DNA from: Gaiellaceae bacterium | Lineage (GTDB): Bacteria > Actinomycetota > Thermoleophilia > Gaiellales > Gaiellaceae | Length of the DNA stretch: 64,000 bases | Direction of reading: 5' to 3' | Assembly: GCA_045805965.1 (NCBI GenBank) | Contig: JBJMKF010000016.1 | Coordinates: 30,908 to 94,907 of the forward strand | In this document: one piece after another, positions 35,796-46,002 of the stretch | Layout: each line of letters opens with the position of its first letter | How positions within the stretch are numbered: position 1 is the stretch's first letter | Translations under genes and position numbers: made by a program | The notes under the pieces: generated by a model | Seen by the model: the letters and a program-made list of their open reading frames with translations, nothing else | The model's database searches: none | What the model was told of the DNA's origin: nothing

Positions 35796-37549
35796 CCCGC
35801 CGCAGCCAGTTCCGGCTCTCCGCCCTCGAGCGTGTGCGCGAGGCGCCGGAACGGTCCGTCGACGGCGAGTAGCTCGCGCTCGCTGCCCCGCTGCGAGATG
35901 TTGCCGTTCTCGACCACGAGGATCTCGTCGGCACGCCGAACGGTGGAGAGGCGGTGGGCGATGATGATCGAGGTGCGACCTTTCAGGAGCCGGTCGAGCG
36001 CCTGCTCGATGAGCACCTCGGTGGGTCGGTCGATGTTCGAGGTCGCCTCGTCGAGAACGAGGATGCGTGGGTCGGCCAGCAGCGCCCGCGCGATCGAGAT
36101 GAGCTGGCGCTCGCCGGCCGAGAGGCCTGCGCCGCCCTCGCGGACTTCGTGATCCAGGCCTCCGGAGAGCCGCGCCGCCACGCGATCGACGCCCACAGCG
36201 GCGGCTGCAGCCTCGACCTCCTCGTCCGACGCATCCGGCTTTGCGAACCGGATGTTCGAGGCGATCGTGCCGCTGAAGAGGAACGGATCCTGCAACACGA
36301 CGCCCAGCTGGCGCCGGTACGAACGGAGCTCGACGTCGCGCAGGTTGTGCCCGTCCACGCGCACGGCCCCCTGGTCGGGGTCGTAGTGGCGGCCGATCAG
36401 CCGTGCGAGCGTCGACTTCCCGTGGCCCGACTCGCCGACGAGCGCGAAGCAGCTACCCGGCGCCATGTGGAACGAGATCCCGTGCAGCACAGGGTCCTTG
36501 CCGTACGCGAACACGACCGAGTCGATCTCGAGATCGCCGTCGAGACGCGGTAGCGGCTCCGCTCCCGGCCGTTCGCGGATCTCCGACTCCTCGTCGAGGA
36601 TGCTCGCAATCTTCACCATCGCCGCGCCGGCCGACTGCAGCTGGCCGTAGACGTCAGACAACTCCTGCAGTGGCTGGAAGACGAGTTGCAGGAGGTAGAT
36701 CGCCGTGATCAGCGTCCCGATCGTGAGCGTGTCGTGCTCGTAGAGGTGCGAGCCGACATAGACGACCGTCCCCATCGCGAGCACGCCGAGGAACTCGATC
36801 GAGGGGAAGAAGCTCGAAAAGATCTTCTGCACGTACGTCGACTGGGCGCGGTTCGCCTCGTTCAGCGCGTCGAACTCGTCCTGGAAGCGGCGCTCGCGAT
36901 TGAACGCCTGCACCACCGCCATCCCCGCCACCGACTCCGCGATCTGGGCCGTGACGGCAGCGATCCGGTTGCGCTGCTCGACGTTCGCCGCATGTGAGGT
37001 GCGTTGGAACCAGCGCGAGAGGATGAGCGCCGGCGGCAGGACGGCGAACGAGACGAGCCCGAGGCGCCAGTCGGCGATGAGGAGCGCCGTGACTGCCGCC
37101 GGCAGGAGGGTGACGTTGGAGACGAGGGTCGGCATCCCCTGCGACAGAACGTCCGAGACGGCGTCGACGTCGCTCGTCAGGCGCGCGATGATCCAACCCG
37201 CTTTCTGCTGAGAGAAGTAGCGGAGCGAGAGTCCGGTCAGGTGATCGAAGAGGTTGCGCCGCAGACCGATCACGACCGCCTGCCCGATCCTCGCAAGACC
37301 GCGGATGAGCCACGCCTGCAGCAGCCAGCCCACCGCGGCGACCCCGAGGTAGATAGCGACGACGATCGTCAGGTGGTGCTCGTTACCGACGATTACCCCG
37401 TGCTTGTTGCGGACGACGATCCCCTCGTCGATCGCGTTGCGGACGAGCAGCCAGCCACCGGTCTGCGCCGCAGCGTTGCCCGCTCCGACGAGGACCATCA
37501 CCGCGGCCGCGAGCTTGCGGCCCTCCATGTACCTCCAGAGGCGTTTCAC
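35792..37549 (-). CDS. ABC exporter, fused permease/ATPase subunit (second of a pair)
   Basis: GTG 37549 overlaps the upstream stop (GTGA). Six-TM domain; Walker A GESGHGKST; signature LSAGERQL; Walker B ILVLDEATS. Confidence 0.85.
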   Translation of the reverse strand: MKRLWRYMEGRKLAAAVMVLVGAGNAAAQTGGWLLVRNAIDEGIVVRNKHGVIVGNEHHLTIVVAIYLGVAAVGWLLQAWLIRGLARIGQAVVIGLRRNLFDHLTGLSLRYFSQQKAGWIIARLTSDVDAVSDVLSQGMPTLVSNVTLLPAAVTALLIADWRLGLVSFAVLPPALILSRWFQRTSHAANVEQRNRIAAVTAQIAESVAGMAVVQAFNRERRFQDEFDALNEANRAQSTYVQKIFSSFFPSIEFLGVLAMGTVVYVGSHLYEHDTLTIGTLITAIYLLQLVFQPLQELSDVYGQLQSAGAAMVKIASILDEESEIRERPGAEPLPRLDGDLEIDSVVFAYGKDPVLHGISFHMAPGSCFALVGESGHGKSTLARLIGRHYDPDQGAVRVDGHNLRDVELRSYRRQLGVVLQDPFLFSGTIASNIRFAKPDASDEEVEAAAAAVGVDRVAARLSGGLDHEVREGGAGLSAGERQLISIARALLADPRILVLDEATSNIDRPTEVLIEQALDRLLKGRTSIIIAHRLSTVRRADEILVVENGNISQRGSERELLAVDGPFRRLAHTLEGGEPELAAAG

Positions 37550-39315
37550 GCGGCCACCACCTCGTCCCCGAAGAGCGTCGCGAACGCCCCGCCTGCGCGC
37601 AGCAGGTCGGCTGGCGTTCCCGTCTCGACGATCCGCCCGTCCGACAGCACCACCGCGCGGTCCGCAAGCGCGACCGTCGACAGGCGTTGGGTCGCGACGA
37701 GGACGGTGCGGCCGGAGAGCGCAGGCCTGAGCCGGGAGACCAGCCGCCGCTCGGTCAGCGTGTCGACTGCGGAAAGAGGGTCGTCGAGCACGACGACCCG
37801 CGCGCCCGTGACGAGCGCGCGCGCGAGCGCCACGCGCTGCCGCTGGCCGCCCGAGAGATTGACGCCCCGCTCGCCGATCAGCGTGTCGTAGCCATCGGGG
37901 AGTTTCGGCCCGAACGCGTCGACGCCGGCCGCTTCGCACGCCGCGAGCACCTCGTCCCAGTCGGCCTCTTCGCGGCCCGCGGTGAGGTTCTCGCGCAGCG
38001 GCACCGAGAAGAGCACCGGGCGTTGCGTGACGAGCGCGACGTCTCGCCGGAGTTCGGCGATCGGCAGGTCGCGTGTGTCGACGCCTCCGACGAGAACGCG
38101 CCCACCGGTCGGGTCGTAGAACCGCGGCAGGAGGTTGAGGAGGGATGTCTTGCCAGAGCCGGTCGAGCCACAGACAGCCACGATCTCGCCCGGCTCGATG
38201 CTGAGGTCCAGCTCGCGCAGGACGTCCACCTCGCCGCCGTACGCGAAGCTGACACCCTCGAATTGGACGCCGAGCGGGCCAGAAGGCAGGTGCTGCGGGG
38301 TCACCGGCTCGGGGAGCGGCTGGATGCCTTCGAGCCAGCCGAAGCTGCGGCCTGCGGAGGCGAGCGCCCGCTGCGCGAGGTCGAGGATCCAGCCGATCGC
38401 CTCGAGCGGCCAGACGAGCTGGAGGAGAAGCGTCTCGAAGAGGACGAACTGGCCGATGGTGATGTCGTGGTCGATGACGGCACGGCCGCCGAAGAAGACG
38501 ACGGCGGCGATCGAAAGGGCCGGCAGGTAATAGAGGCCCGGCACGTGCTGCGCCTCGACGCCGGCCTGGCGGAGCGCTGCGGAGCGGACTCCCTCGGCTC
38601 TGTCGCCGAAGCGCTCGCGCATGTCGTTCTCGCGGCCGAAGGCCTGCACCATCTCGATCCCGACGACGGCCTCGTCCGCCGACTCCGTCACGTCTCCCTT
38701 ACGCGCCTGAACCTCGCGCGAGATCGGCGAGACGCGATGCCCGAAACGATTGGCGATATACCCAATCGGCGGCAAGGAGACGGCCGCGTAGAGGGTCAGC
38801 TGTGGGTCGACCAGCGCGAGGACGATCCCGACGGCGATGATCATCATCACGCTCTGGATCCCCTGCACGAGCCCCCAGCCGATGAAGTAACGGATGGGGT
38901 AGAGGTCGTTCGTGGCGCGCGACAGCACCTGGCCGGTGGCGTGCCGGTCGTAGAACGCGCGCGGGTAGCGGAGATACGCCTGATAGAGGAGCTCGCGCAT
39001 CCGCGCCTCGATCCGCACGCCGATCCGCGCGGTCGCGAAACGGCGGTTGAAGTTGATGACCCAGCGCACGGCCGCCAGGCCGACGATCGCGGCGAGGTAC
39101 GGCCAGAGCCGCGACTCGTGATGGGGGACGATCGCGTGGTCGATCGCTCGCTGGGTGAGGATCGGGATCGTCGTCGAGATCAGCGTGTACGCAAGCGAGC
39201 AGCTGAGCGCGAACACGCCCAGATGCCACTGCTCGCGCCAGAGGCGAAGCAGCCTGCGGAAGGTCGGCAGCAGGCCGAGGTCGGGCGGGTCGACGGCATT
39301 CATGTACGTAGACAT
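37546..39315 (-). CDS. ABC exporter, fused permease/ATPase subunit (first of a pair)
   Basis: Walker A GSTGSGKTS; signature LSGGQRQR; Walker B VVVLDDPLS. Confidence 0.85.
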   Translation of the reverse strand: MSTYMNAVDPPDLGLLPTFRRLLRLWREQWHLGVFALSCSLAYTLISTTIPILTQRAIDHAIVPHHESRLWPYLAAIVGLAAVRWVINFNRRFATARIGVRIEARMRELLYQAYLRYPRAFYDRHATGQVLSRATNDLYPIRYFIGWGLVQGIQSVMMIIAVGIVLALVDPQLTLYAAVSLPPIGYIANRFGHRVSPISREVQARKGDVTESADEAVVGIEMVQAFGRENDMRERFGDRAEGVRSAALRQAGVEAQHVPGLYYLPALSIAAVVFFGGRAVIDHDITIGQFVLFETLLLQLVWPLEAIGWILDLAQRALASAGRSFGWLEGIQPLPEPVTPQHLPSGPLGVQFEGVSFAYGGEVDVLRELDLSIEPGEIVAVCGSTGSGKTSLLNLLPRFYDPTGGRVLVGGVDTRDLPIAELRRDVALVTQRPVLFSVPLRENLTAGREEADWDEVLAACEAAGVDAFGPKLPDGYDTLIGERGVNLSGGQRQRVALARALVTGARVVVLDDPLSAVDTLTERRLVSRLRPALSGRTVLVATQRLSTVALADRAVVLSDGRIVETGTPADLLRAGGAFATLFGDEVVAA

Positions 39316-39416
39316 GACAAAACGGCCCTCGCAGCGGGCCCCCAGCCCGGGCGACGAGCGAATCGACGATACCAGCGCGGCTGCGGGCCGCTGCCCTGGC
39401 AGCGTTTCCTGACCCG

Positions 39417-39947
39417 CTAGGAGGCCTTCGTGCTTCGGCTGCGAGGCTTCGCGCCCGCGGCCGGCTCGAGATCGGGCTCGCTCGGCGGCTGCGGCAACGG
39501 CGTCGGAGGCGGCGGCTCGCTATCCGGCTCGGACGGTTCGGGCTCGTTCAGGCCGCCGCTCGCCACCCGCGCTCGTTCCTCCTGCAGCTTGACGCGCAGC
39601 CCGGCGAGCTCCCGTTCGACTTTCCGGATCGACTGCTCGCGCTCGTCGAGCCGCTCCCGCTCGGCCTTCGCGAGCGCGAGCTCCTGCACTGCCTCGCGTT
39701 CGCGCTTCTCGGCCTCTGCAATCTTCTTGGCGAGCTCGCCCGAGCGGTCGGGCCCCGACGGCGCGGGAGCCGGAGCAGAAGCGCGCCGGCGACCCTGCCG
39801 GCCGGCGACCTCGAGCCGAAGCTCCTCGAGCTCCTTCTCGCGCGCCGCGACATTCTGTGCGTGCTCGCGCAGCCGCCGCTTCATGTCCTCGACCTCCGCG
39901 AGCGCTTGCTCGTAGCGGCCCCTCATGTCCAACGCGTCGTTCACCAA
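39417..39947 (-). CDS. Coiled-coil hypothetical protein with Pro/Glu-rich tail
   Basis: Heptad-like EKELEELRLEVAG...KIAEAEKREREAVQELALAKAERERLDEREQSIRKVERELAGLRVKLQEE. The start (TTG 39947) has no obvious Shine-Dalgarno. Confidence 0.5.
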   Translation of the reverse strand: MVNDALDMRGRYEQALAEVEDMKRRLREHAQNVAAREKELEELRLEVAGRQGRRRASAPAPAPSGPDRSGELAKKIAEAEKREREAVQELALAKAERERLDEREQSIRKVERELAGLRVKLQEERARVASGGLNEPEPSEPDSEPPPPTPLPQPPSEPDLEPAAGAKPRSRSTKAS

Positions 39948-40000
39948 GACGAAGTGTCGCTTTCAAACCGGCTGGTCGCAACCATCAACGGTCATACATC

Positions 40001-40456
40001 ATGACGCCGGTGGCAGAACCCGAGTTGCAAGTCGCAAGCGACGGCGTGGTCACGCTGCAGCCGCCGCGCCCCGGTGACGCGCAATTGCTCGTTGCGGGGA
40101 GGGACGAGGAGTTCTTCAGGTGGCTCGGCCCAGGAGCCGAAGAGCCGAATCCCACAGCCTGTGTCTGGGTCCGTGACGAGCTGATCGGGTGGGTCGACTA
40201 CGACCTCGAGCACGACTGGCTCGAGCCCGGCGAGGTGAACGTCGGCTACTACCTGTTCCCCAGTGCGCGGGGGAAGGGCTATGCATCGCGTGCCGTCGAG
40301 CTCCTGCTCCAGCACCTGAGCCGCAACACGGAGCACACCGTCGCAACGCTCCTCATCCGACCTGAGAACTCCCGCTCGCTTCTGTTAGCCCAGCGTCTGG
40401 GCTTTGTGCAGAAGGGCGAAATGGAAGGAGGTCTGTTCCTCGCCCGAGACGTCTAG
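40001..40456 (+). CDS. GNAT-family N-acetyltransferase (RimJ/RimL-like)
   Basis: Internal ATG 40001 (MTPVAEPELQVASDGVVTLQPPRPGDAQLL...). VNVGYYLFPSARGKGYASRAVELLLQHL. Confidence 0.75.
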   Translation: MTPVAEPELQVASDGVVTLQPPRPGDAQLLVAGRDEEFFRWLGPGAEEPNPTACVWVRDELIGWVDYDLEHDWLEPGEVNVGYYLFPSARGKGYASRAVELLLQHLSRNTEHTVATLLIRPENSRSLLLAQRLGFVQKGEMEGGLFLARDV

Positions 40457-40492
40457 GGGTTCAATTTTGTGAACTCGGGGATGGAGCCGGCC

Positions 40493-40792
40493 ATGGGTTT
40501 CATAGTCAGCATCATCCTCATCGCAGTCGGCTTCATCCTCGCGCTCGCGGTGCATCCGACAAACCCGCACCCGGTCGACGTGAACAGCGTCGGCTGGATC
40601 CTGGTCGTGGTCGGCTTCCTCGGCTTCATCGCCGACCTGATGCTCTGGTCGTCGTGGGGGCCTGGCTACCTACGCCGGAGGACATACGTCGACCAGGGCC
40701 CGGGTTACGGCGCCTATCCGACGCGCCGCGGTTATCCGGGTCGCCGTGTGATCGAGGATGAAGAGTCCGGGCCGCCAGGGCCGGGTTACTAA
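40493..40792 (+). CDS. Small two-TM membrane protein with Gly/Pro/Tyr-rich tail (DUF6458-like)
   Basis: MGFIVSIILIAVGFILALAV...VGWILVVVGFLGFIADLMLW. GGATGGAG upstream. Confidence 0.6.
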   Translation: MGFIVSIILIAVGFILALAVHPTNPHPVDVNSVGWILVVVGFLGFIADLMLWSSWGPGYLRRRTYVDQGPGYGAYPTRRGYPGRRVIEDEESGPPGPGY

Positions 40793-40805
40793 GGGCCCCG
40801 AATGT

Positions 40806-40831
40806 AAAACCCGCCTTCAGCGGCGGGTTTT
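40806..40831. terminator. Bidirectional intrinsic terminator
   Basis: aaaa-cccgcc-ttcagc-ggcggg-tttt lies between the convergent membrane-protein gene and tRNA-Ala. Confidence 0.6.
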
Positions 40832-40835
40832 CAGG

Positions 40836-40908
40836 TGGAGCGTACCGGGATCGAACCGGTGACCTCCGGCTTGCAAAGCCGGCGCTCTCCCAGCTGAGCT
40901 AACGCCCC
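40836..40908 (-). tRNA. tRNA-Ala (anticodon UGC)
   Basis: The minus strand GGGGCGTTAGCTCAGCTGGGAGAGCGCCGGCTTTGCAAGCCGGAGGTCACCGGTTCGATCCCGGTACGCTCCA forms a cloverleaf by hand. G3:U70 pair, anticodon loop TT-TGC-AA. Confidence 0.9.
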
Positions 40909-40939
40909 GAGAGAGCTTCAGTGTAGAGGTCGATTCGGC

Positions 40940-41209
40940 TCAGGCCGCGCGCTCGAGCCGTTCCTCGACCCGCGCGCGCGCGACGATCTTCTCGCGATCG
41001 CCGAAGCGCAGACGGGCGCGGACAGCTCGGTGCTCGTCCCAGAGGAGGTCGAGCTGCGCGTCGATCTCGTGGATCTCCGCCCGGACCTCCGGGTCGTGCT
41101 GGTCAGAGAGCCTGTGCCAGAGCTCGGTGCGCTCTTCGCTCAGGCGCTCGATCCGCTCGTGGATCTCATCAAGGGTTCGCATGCCGATTTCAACGGCTCG
41201 CATGCCCAT
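40940..41209 (-). CDS. Small helical protein (DUF2630-like)
   Basis: MRTLDEIHERIERLSEERTELWHRLSDQHDPEVRAEIHEIDAQLDLLWDEHR. The real start may be ATG 41182. Confidence 0.6.
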   Translation of the reverse strand: MGMRAVEIGMRTLDEIHERIERLSEERTELWHRLSDQHDPEVRAEIHEIDAQLDLLWDEHRAVRARLRFGDREKIVARARVEERLERAA

Positions 41210-41247
41210 CGCATTCCAGGTGAATCCTCAGCGTTAGCGGAAGTACG

Positions 41248-41970
41248 TCACCACGCCGGGCGGCTCGGCGGCACTCTCGGCCGACCGCGGGCGGCGAGCA
41301 GGACGAGACCGGTCGCGAGCCCGAACGCGAACCCCCCGATGTGCGCGAAGAACGCGGTGCCGCCGCCGGACTGCGGCTGCAGGAACGTGAGCCCGCCCGA
41401 CCACAGCTGCAGACCGATCCAGATGCCGAGGAACCACACCGCCGGGATCTCGCGGATGAGGATGATCCCGAAGACGATCACCGTGAGCACGCGGGCGCGC
41501 GGGAGAAGCACGAAGTAGGCGCCGAGGACGCCGGCGATCGCGCCACTCGCACCGATGTTCGGGACGCTCGCCGCACCGACCCCGGCGAACTCCAGCGTAA
41601 CGAAGCTCTGCACCGCCATCGCCGCGATGCCAGCGACGAGGTACCAGGCAAGGAAGCCGACGTGCCCGAGCGCGTCCTCGACGTTGTTGCCGAAGATCCA
41701 GAAGAAGAGCATGTTGCCGAGGATGTGCTCCCAGCTGGCGTGCATGAACATGCCGGTGAAGACGCCCTCGTACCACGGCAGGTGGTGGAAGCCTGTCGGC
41801 AGATGGCAAGGTCCGTGGAGCGCGCACGGATAGAAGCCGTCGCGGAAGACGTGCACGTCGACGCCGGGATGGCTCAGCTCCCAGAACCAGACGAGGAAGT
41901 TCACGACGATCAGCCCGATCGTCACGAACGGCACCGTCCGTGTCGGGACGTTGTCCTTTAGCGGGAGCAT
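41248..41970 (-). CDS. Rhomboid-family intramembrane serine protease
   Basis: HASWEHILGNMLFFWIFG, GASGAIAGVLGAY (catalytic Ser), AHIGGFAFG (catalytic His). Confidence 0.85.
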   Translation of the reverse strand: MLPLKDNVPTRTVPFVTIGLIVVNFLVWFWELSHPGVDVHVFRDGFYPCALHGPCHLPTGFHHLPWYEGVFTGMFMHASWEHILGNMLFFWIFGNNVEDALGHVGFLAWYLVAGIAAMAVQSFVTLEFAGVGAASVPNIGASGAIAGVLGAYFVLLPRARVLTVIVFGIILIREIPAVWFLGIWIGLQLWSGGLTFLQPQSGGGTAFFAHIGGFAFGLATGLVLLAARGRPRVPPSRPAW

Positions 41971-43464
41971 CTAGACCGCGGCGAGCGACTCGCGGATCCG
42001 ATCCGCGACGGCCCCCAGCTCGAGTGCCTCGCCGGTGACCTCGCGGAGCAGCTCGTCCGCGGTCGGCTTCTGGCCCTCGGCCCAGAGCTCGCGCAGCAGC
42101 GAGCCGGCCTCGCGCTTCGAGAACCACGCGTTGCCGAAGCGCTCGCGCAGGTAGGTGCGCAGCTGCGCTTCGAACGCCCACGCGCGGAGGTACTGCGAGG
42201 CGTAGAACCCGTCGTCGATGTCGCCGAGGTAGTCGACCGCTGCGGGCTCGACCTTCGTCGCGCCCATGAGCAGCTCGACGTAGCGTGGGCGCAGCTCGGT
42301 CAGGTCGTCCGCGGTGTGGAACTCGAGCTCGTACAACAGCTTGGCGCAGTAGCGCCGGACGAGCCAGAGGAGCTCTGTCGCGCCTTCTGCCGCGAATTCG
42401 TACGGGCGCGGGAAGTCGAGGCGCCGCTCGAGCCAGACCGGATCGATGGTCAGATGCTCGAGCAGCATCGCCCACCCCTCGGTGACGGCGTTGTCGCCGA
42501 GCCGTCGCTCCTCCGGAGAGAGGGAAGCGGACGTGTGCGCGAAATGCTCGGTGTGGCCGGCCTCGTGGAAGAGCGTCCGCCAGTCGGCAGGGCCGCCCTG
42601 CGGCTTCATCACCAGTACGACCCTGCCCGGCACCTCGATCGGCGCGCAGAACGCGCGGGGATCCTTGTTCGGCCGCTCCTCGAGGTCGAGCTCGATGTTC
42701 TTCTGGCCGTAGAGATCGACTCCGAGCTCGGCGAGCGTTACCTCGAGGGCCGGGGCCATGGCTTCGGCGGGAAAGGCCGCGTCCCAGTCGGCGCCGCGCC
42801 ATGCCCGCCCAAGGTCCCAGCGGGCGATCTCGCCCAGGCCGATCCCGACGCGCGACCGGAAGAAGCGGTCGCCTGCCTCCTCCCACAGGTCCTCCGTCTC
42901 GGCAAGCAGGTGGCGGCACTGCTCCGCGAGGTCATCGAGGGGAAAGCCAAAGCTGCGGTACAGGTCTGCGTAGTTCGCGGCGCCGAGTCGACGCGTCTCG
43001 CGCTGGACGATCCGCGCGGCTTGCAGCTCGAGGGCATTCAGGTGCTCCTCCGTGAGCTCGTTTCTGGCCGCCTCGACCCGTGCCCGGACGTCGCGGTTCT
43101 CTTCGTTTCCGAGCCGCGGTTTGAGCATCCGGAACGGGATCTCATCGCCGTCGACGCTCGCCGTGAGAGTCGCCTCCAGCTCGGCGATGCGCTCCGCCTC
43201 CTCGCTCACGAAGTTGCCGAGATACCCCTCGCACGAGAACTTCCAGAGCTCTCGTCTGCGGTGGTCGCCGTCGACCGAGGCGCCGAGGGCAAGGGCTGTG
43301 CCGAGTTCCGTCAGGCGCTCGTGGCGCTCGTAGATCGGCGCGAGATCGTACGTCTCCTTGAGGCCCGCGAAGTGGAGGTATGTCTCCTCGCCGAGCTCCG
43401 CATGGAAGCGGTCGCCGTCCGCGCTGAGCGCCTCGATCTCACCTTGTTCGAGCGGCTCCGCCAT
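41971..43464 (-). CDS. M3-like zinc metallopeptidase (oligoendopeptidase F-like)
   Basis: ATG 43464 (MAEPLEQGEIEAL...); the ORF-track N-terminus overlaps yjbQ on the opposite strand. HEAGHTEH zinc motif. Confidence 0.7.
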   Translation of the reverse strand: MAEPLEQGEIEALSADGDRFHAELGEETYLHFAGLKETYDLAPIYERHERLTELGTALALGASVDGDHRRRELWKFSCEGYLGNFVSEEAERIAELEATLTASVDGDEIPFRMLKPRLGNEENRDVRARVEAARNELTEEHLNALELQAARIVQRETRRLGAANYADLYRSFGFPLDDLAEQCRHLLAETEDLWEEAGDRFFRSRVGIGLGEIARWDLGRAWRGADWDAAFPAEAMAPALEVTLAELGVDLYGQKNIELDLEERPNKDPRAFCAPIEVPGRVVLVMKPQGGPADWRTLFHEAGHTEHFAHTSASLSPEERRLGDNAVTEGWAMLLEHLTIDPVWLERRLDFPRPYEFAAEGATELLWLVRRYCAKLLYELEFHTADDLTELRPRYVELLMGATKVEPAAVDYLGDIDDGFYASQYLRAWAFEAQLRTYLRERFGNAWFSKREAGSLLRELWAEGQKPTADELLREVTGEALELGAVADRIRESLAAV

Positions 43465-43485
43465 GCGGGTTCGTAGGATAGACCC

Positions 43486-43884
43486 GTGCGGGAGATTTCC
43501 CTCAAGACCGATCGGAAGACGCAACTGATCGAGATCACCGATCTCGTTCGCGACGCGCTCGGCGGGACGAACGGCGCGTCGGCAGCGCTCGTCTACGTCC
43601 CGCACACGACGGCCGGCGTGGCGATCAACGAGCGTATCGACCCCGAGCTCGTGACCGACCTCGAGAACGCCTTCCAGCGCGTAGTCGGCGACGACTGGGA
43701 GTGGCGGCACGACGACCAAGACGGGCCGAACGCGCCGTCCCATGCCCGCGCCTCGCTCGCCTCGAGCCCGCAGGTGCTCATCCCGCTTCGTGAAGGGAGC
43801 CTCGCGCTCGGCACATACCAGGGCGTCTTCTTCTGCGAGTTCGACGGGCCGCGCGACCGCAAGATCTACGTGACGACGCTGTAG
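43486..43884 (+). CDS. yjbQ: YjbQ/UPF0047-family protein (secondary thiamine-phosphate synthase type)
   Basis: ALVYVPHTTAGVAINERIDPELVTDLE...NAPSHARASLASSPQVLIPLREGSLALGTYQGVFFCEFDGPR. Confidence 0.85.
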   Translation: MREISLKTDRKTQLIEITDLVRDALGGTNGASAALVYVPHTTAGVAINERIDPELVTDLENAFQRVVGDDWEWRHDDQDGPNAPSHARASLASSPQVLIPLREGSLALGTYQGVFFCEFDGPRDRKIYVTTL

Positions 43885-43922
43885 GAGGGTTCACCAAACC
43901 CTCCTGACGCTACGGTGCGCGC

Positions 43923-45302
43923 ATGGCCGCGCCCGTCACGAAGGGAGAGGAGCTCGAGCTCGACGTCGACTCGCTCGCGTACGGCGGCAACGGCGTGGCG
44001 CGGCTCGACGGCTTCGTCGTCTTCGTGCGGCGAGGCTTGCCCGGCGACCGTGTCCGGGCGCGGGTCACGAAGGTCAAGCGCAGCCATGCCGAGGCGCTCG
44101 CAACCGAGGTGCTGCGGCCGGGGCCAGAGCGGGTCGAAGCACCGTGCGCACACTTCCCCGCGTGCGGCGGGTGCCGCTTCCAGGATCTCGCGTACGAGGC
44201 GCAGCTCGAGCAGAAGCAAATGCAGGTGCGCGACGCGCTACAGCGCTTGGCGGGTATCGCCGAGCCGCCGCTCGAGCGGATCCTCCCGTGCGAACCGGAG
44301 ATCTTCCACTACCGCAACAAGCTCGAGTACTCATTTACCACGACGCCGGACGGCCCCGCGCTCGGCTTCCACCGGGCCGGCCGCTGGGACGAGGTGCTCG
44401 AGATCGAGCGCTGCTGGCTCACTGACGAGCTCGGGAACGCGATTCGCAGTGCCGTCCGCGACTGGGCGCGCGAGGAGGCGCTCGAGCCGTACTCGCAGGC
44501 CGACGGCAGCGGCTACCTCCGCCACCTCGTCGTCCGGCAGGGCCGCAACACAGGGCAGGCGCTCGTCCAGCTCGTGACCGCGCCGGGCGAGCGGTTCGAG
44601 ACCGGCTATCTCGTCGACGTTCTCCGCCGCTTCCCGGAGGTGCGCTCGATCCACTGGTCGATCAACGACACGCCCGCCGAGGTGACGAATCTCCCCACCC
44701 GGCTGCTCTGGGGAGAGGGGTGGGTCGAGGAGGAGCTTTGCGGCCTGCGTTTTCGCGTGCGTCCGAACGCGTTCCTCCAGACGAATACGGCTATGGCCGA
44801 GCGGCTGTACGCCCTCGCACGCGACGCGGCCCAGCTCAGCGGCGAGGAGACGGTCTGGGATCTGTACTGCGGGATCGGCACCATCGGGCTCTCGCTCGCG
44901 CACGACGCCTTGACGGTCTGGGGGATCGAGGTCTCCGAGGAGTCGGTCGCCTGCGCGCTCGAGAGTGCCGAGCTCAACGGGATCACGAACGCCGCCTTCT
45001 TCGCGGGCAATGTCGGCGAGGTCGTCGAGGAGCTGCTCGAGCGCTCGGGCCCGCCGGACGTCGTCGTCGTCGACCCGCCGCGTGCGGGCCTTGCAGGCAG
45101 GGCACTACGACGGCTCGGGCGCATCGGCGCTCCGCGGCTCGTCTACGTCTCGTGCAACCCGACCACGCTCGCCGGAGACGTGAAGGCCCTTCGCGAGGAC
45201 TACGGTTACGACCTGCGGCACGTGACGCCGGTGGACATGTTCCCGCACACGCCGCACGTCGAGTGCGTCGCGCTGCTCGAGCGCGTCAGCGTGCCTGCCT
45301 GA
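43923..45302 (+). CDS. rlmD: 23S rRNA (uracil-5-)-methyltransferase RlmD/RumA family (TRAM, Fe-S and SAM-MTase domains)
   Basis: TRAM domain GGNGVARLDGFVVFVRRGLPGD; CAHFPACGGCRFQ; DLYCGIGTIG; VDPPRAGL; YVSCNPTT. Confidence 0.85.
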   Translation: MAAPVTKGEELELDVDSLAYGGNGVARLDGFVVFVRRGLPGDRVRARVTKVKRSHAEALATEVLRPGPERVEAPCAHFPACGGCRFQDLAYEAQLEQKQMQVRDALQRLAGIAEPPLERILPCEPEIFHYRNKLEYSFTTTPDGPALGFHRAGRWDEVLEIERCWLTDELGNAIRSAVRDWAREEALEPYSQADGSGYLRHLVVRQGRNTGQALVQLVTAPGERFETGYLVDVLRRFPEVRSIHWSINDTPAEVTNLPTRLLWGEGWVEEELCGLRFRVRPNAFLQTNTAMAERLYALARDAAQLSGEETVWDLYCGIGTIGLSLAHDALTVWGIEVSEESVACALESAELNGITNAAFFAGNVGEVVEELLERSGPPDVVVVDPPRAGLAGRALRRLGRIGAPRLVYVSCNPTTLAGDVKALREDYGYDLRHVTPVDMFPHTPHVECVALLERVSVPA

Positions 45303-46002
45303 ACCGTCGCCAGAGGAGGTCGGCGTTCGCGAGGAGGAAGCCGAAGGAGAGGAAGGGCAGCGCGGGCAGGCCGTTGACGTCTGTGAGGTTGGCGATCACG
45401 AGAGTCAGCGAATACATCCCCGTCATCGCAAGCCACGTCCACAAAGGCCGAAGCCTCCACCGCACCGTCGCAGCGAGGAAGAGGGCGAAGAAGAGAATGT
45501 CCGGTGGCCCGAGGTCTGCGGCCAGGCCGCCGGGTGCGAGGAAGGCGACCGCGACGGCCGAGTAGACCTCGAAGTGATGGTTGACGATGGCCTTCGTCGG
45601 CCCGGCGGCGACCGAGATCGCGTCGACGAAGGGGATGATCGCGGCGACGATGATCACCCAGCTGAGCGCCTCGAACAGCCAGAGGAACGCCCAGCCGGCG
45701 CAGGTGTAGGCGCCGAGCTTCGCGAAGTTCGAGGCGAGGTGCGAGTTCAGCTCCCAGCTCACGACGGCGGCGACGCCGAACGCGGCCCCGACGACGATGA
45801 TCCAGCGGCGTGACCAGAGCGGCAGTGCGAGGAGGATCAGACCCAGCGTCGCGGGCATCACTCCCGCCGCGATGACCGCGACCGTCGGCCAGAGCGAGAG
45901 CTCGTCGACGTGGGGCGCGACGGCATCCCACGTCACGACCGCCGCGGCGAGCACGACGAAGGCGCCGACGCGGCTCAGTACGGAGGCGTCTCGCTCCACC
46001 AT
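45286..46002 (-). CDS. Polytopic integral membrane protein, unknown function
   Basis: Six or seven hydrophobic segments. 28-nt overlap with the upstream UDG-like gene. Confidence 0.6.
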   Translation of the reverse strand: MVERDASVLSRVGAFVVLAAAVVTWDAVAPHVDELSLWPTVAVIAAGVMPATLGLILLALPLWSRRWIIVVGAAFGVAAVVSWELNSHLASNFAKLGAYTCAGWAFLWLFEALSWVIIVAAIIPFVDAISVAAGPTKAIVNHHFEVYSAVAVAFLAPGGLAADLGPPDILFFALFLAATVRWRLRPLWTWLAMTGMYSLTLVIANLTDVNGLPALPFLSFGFLLANADLLWRRFRQAR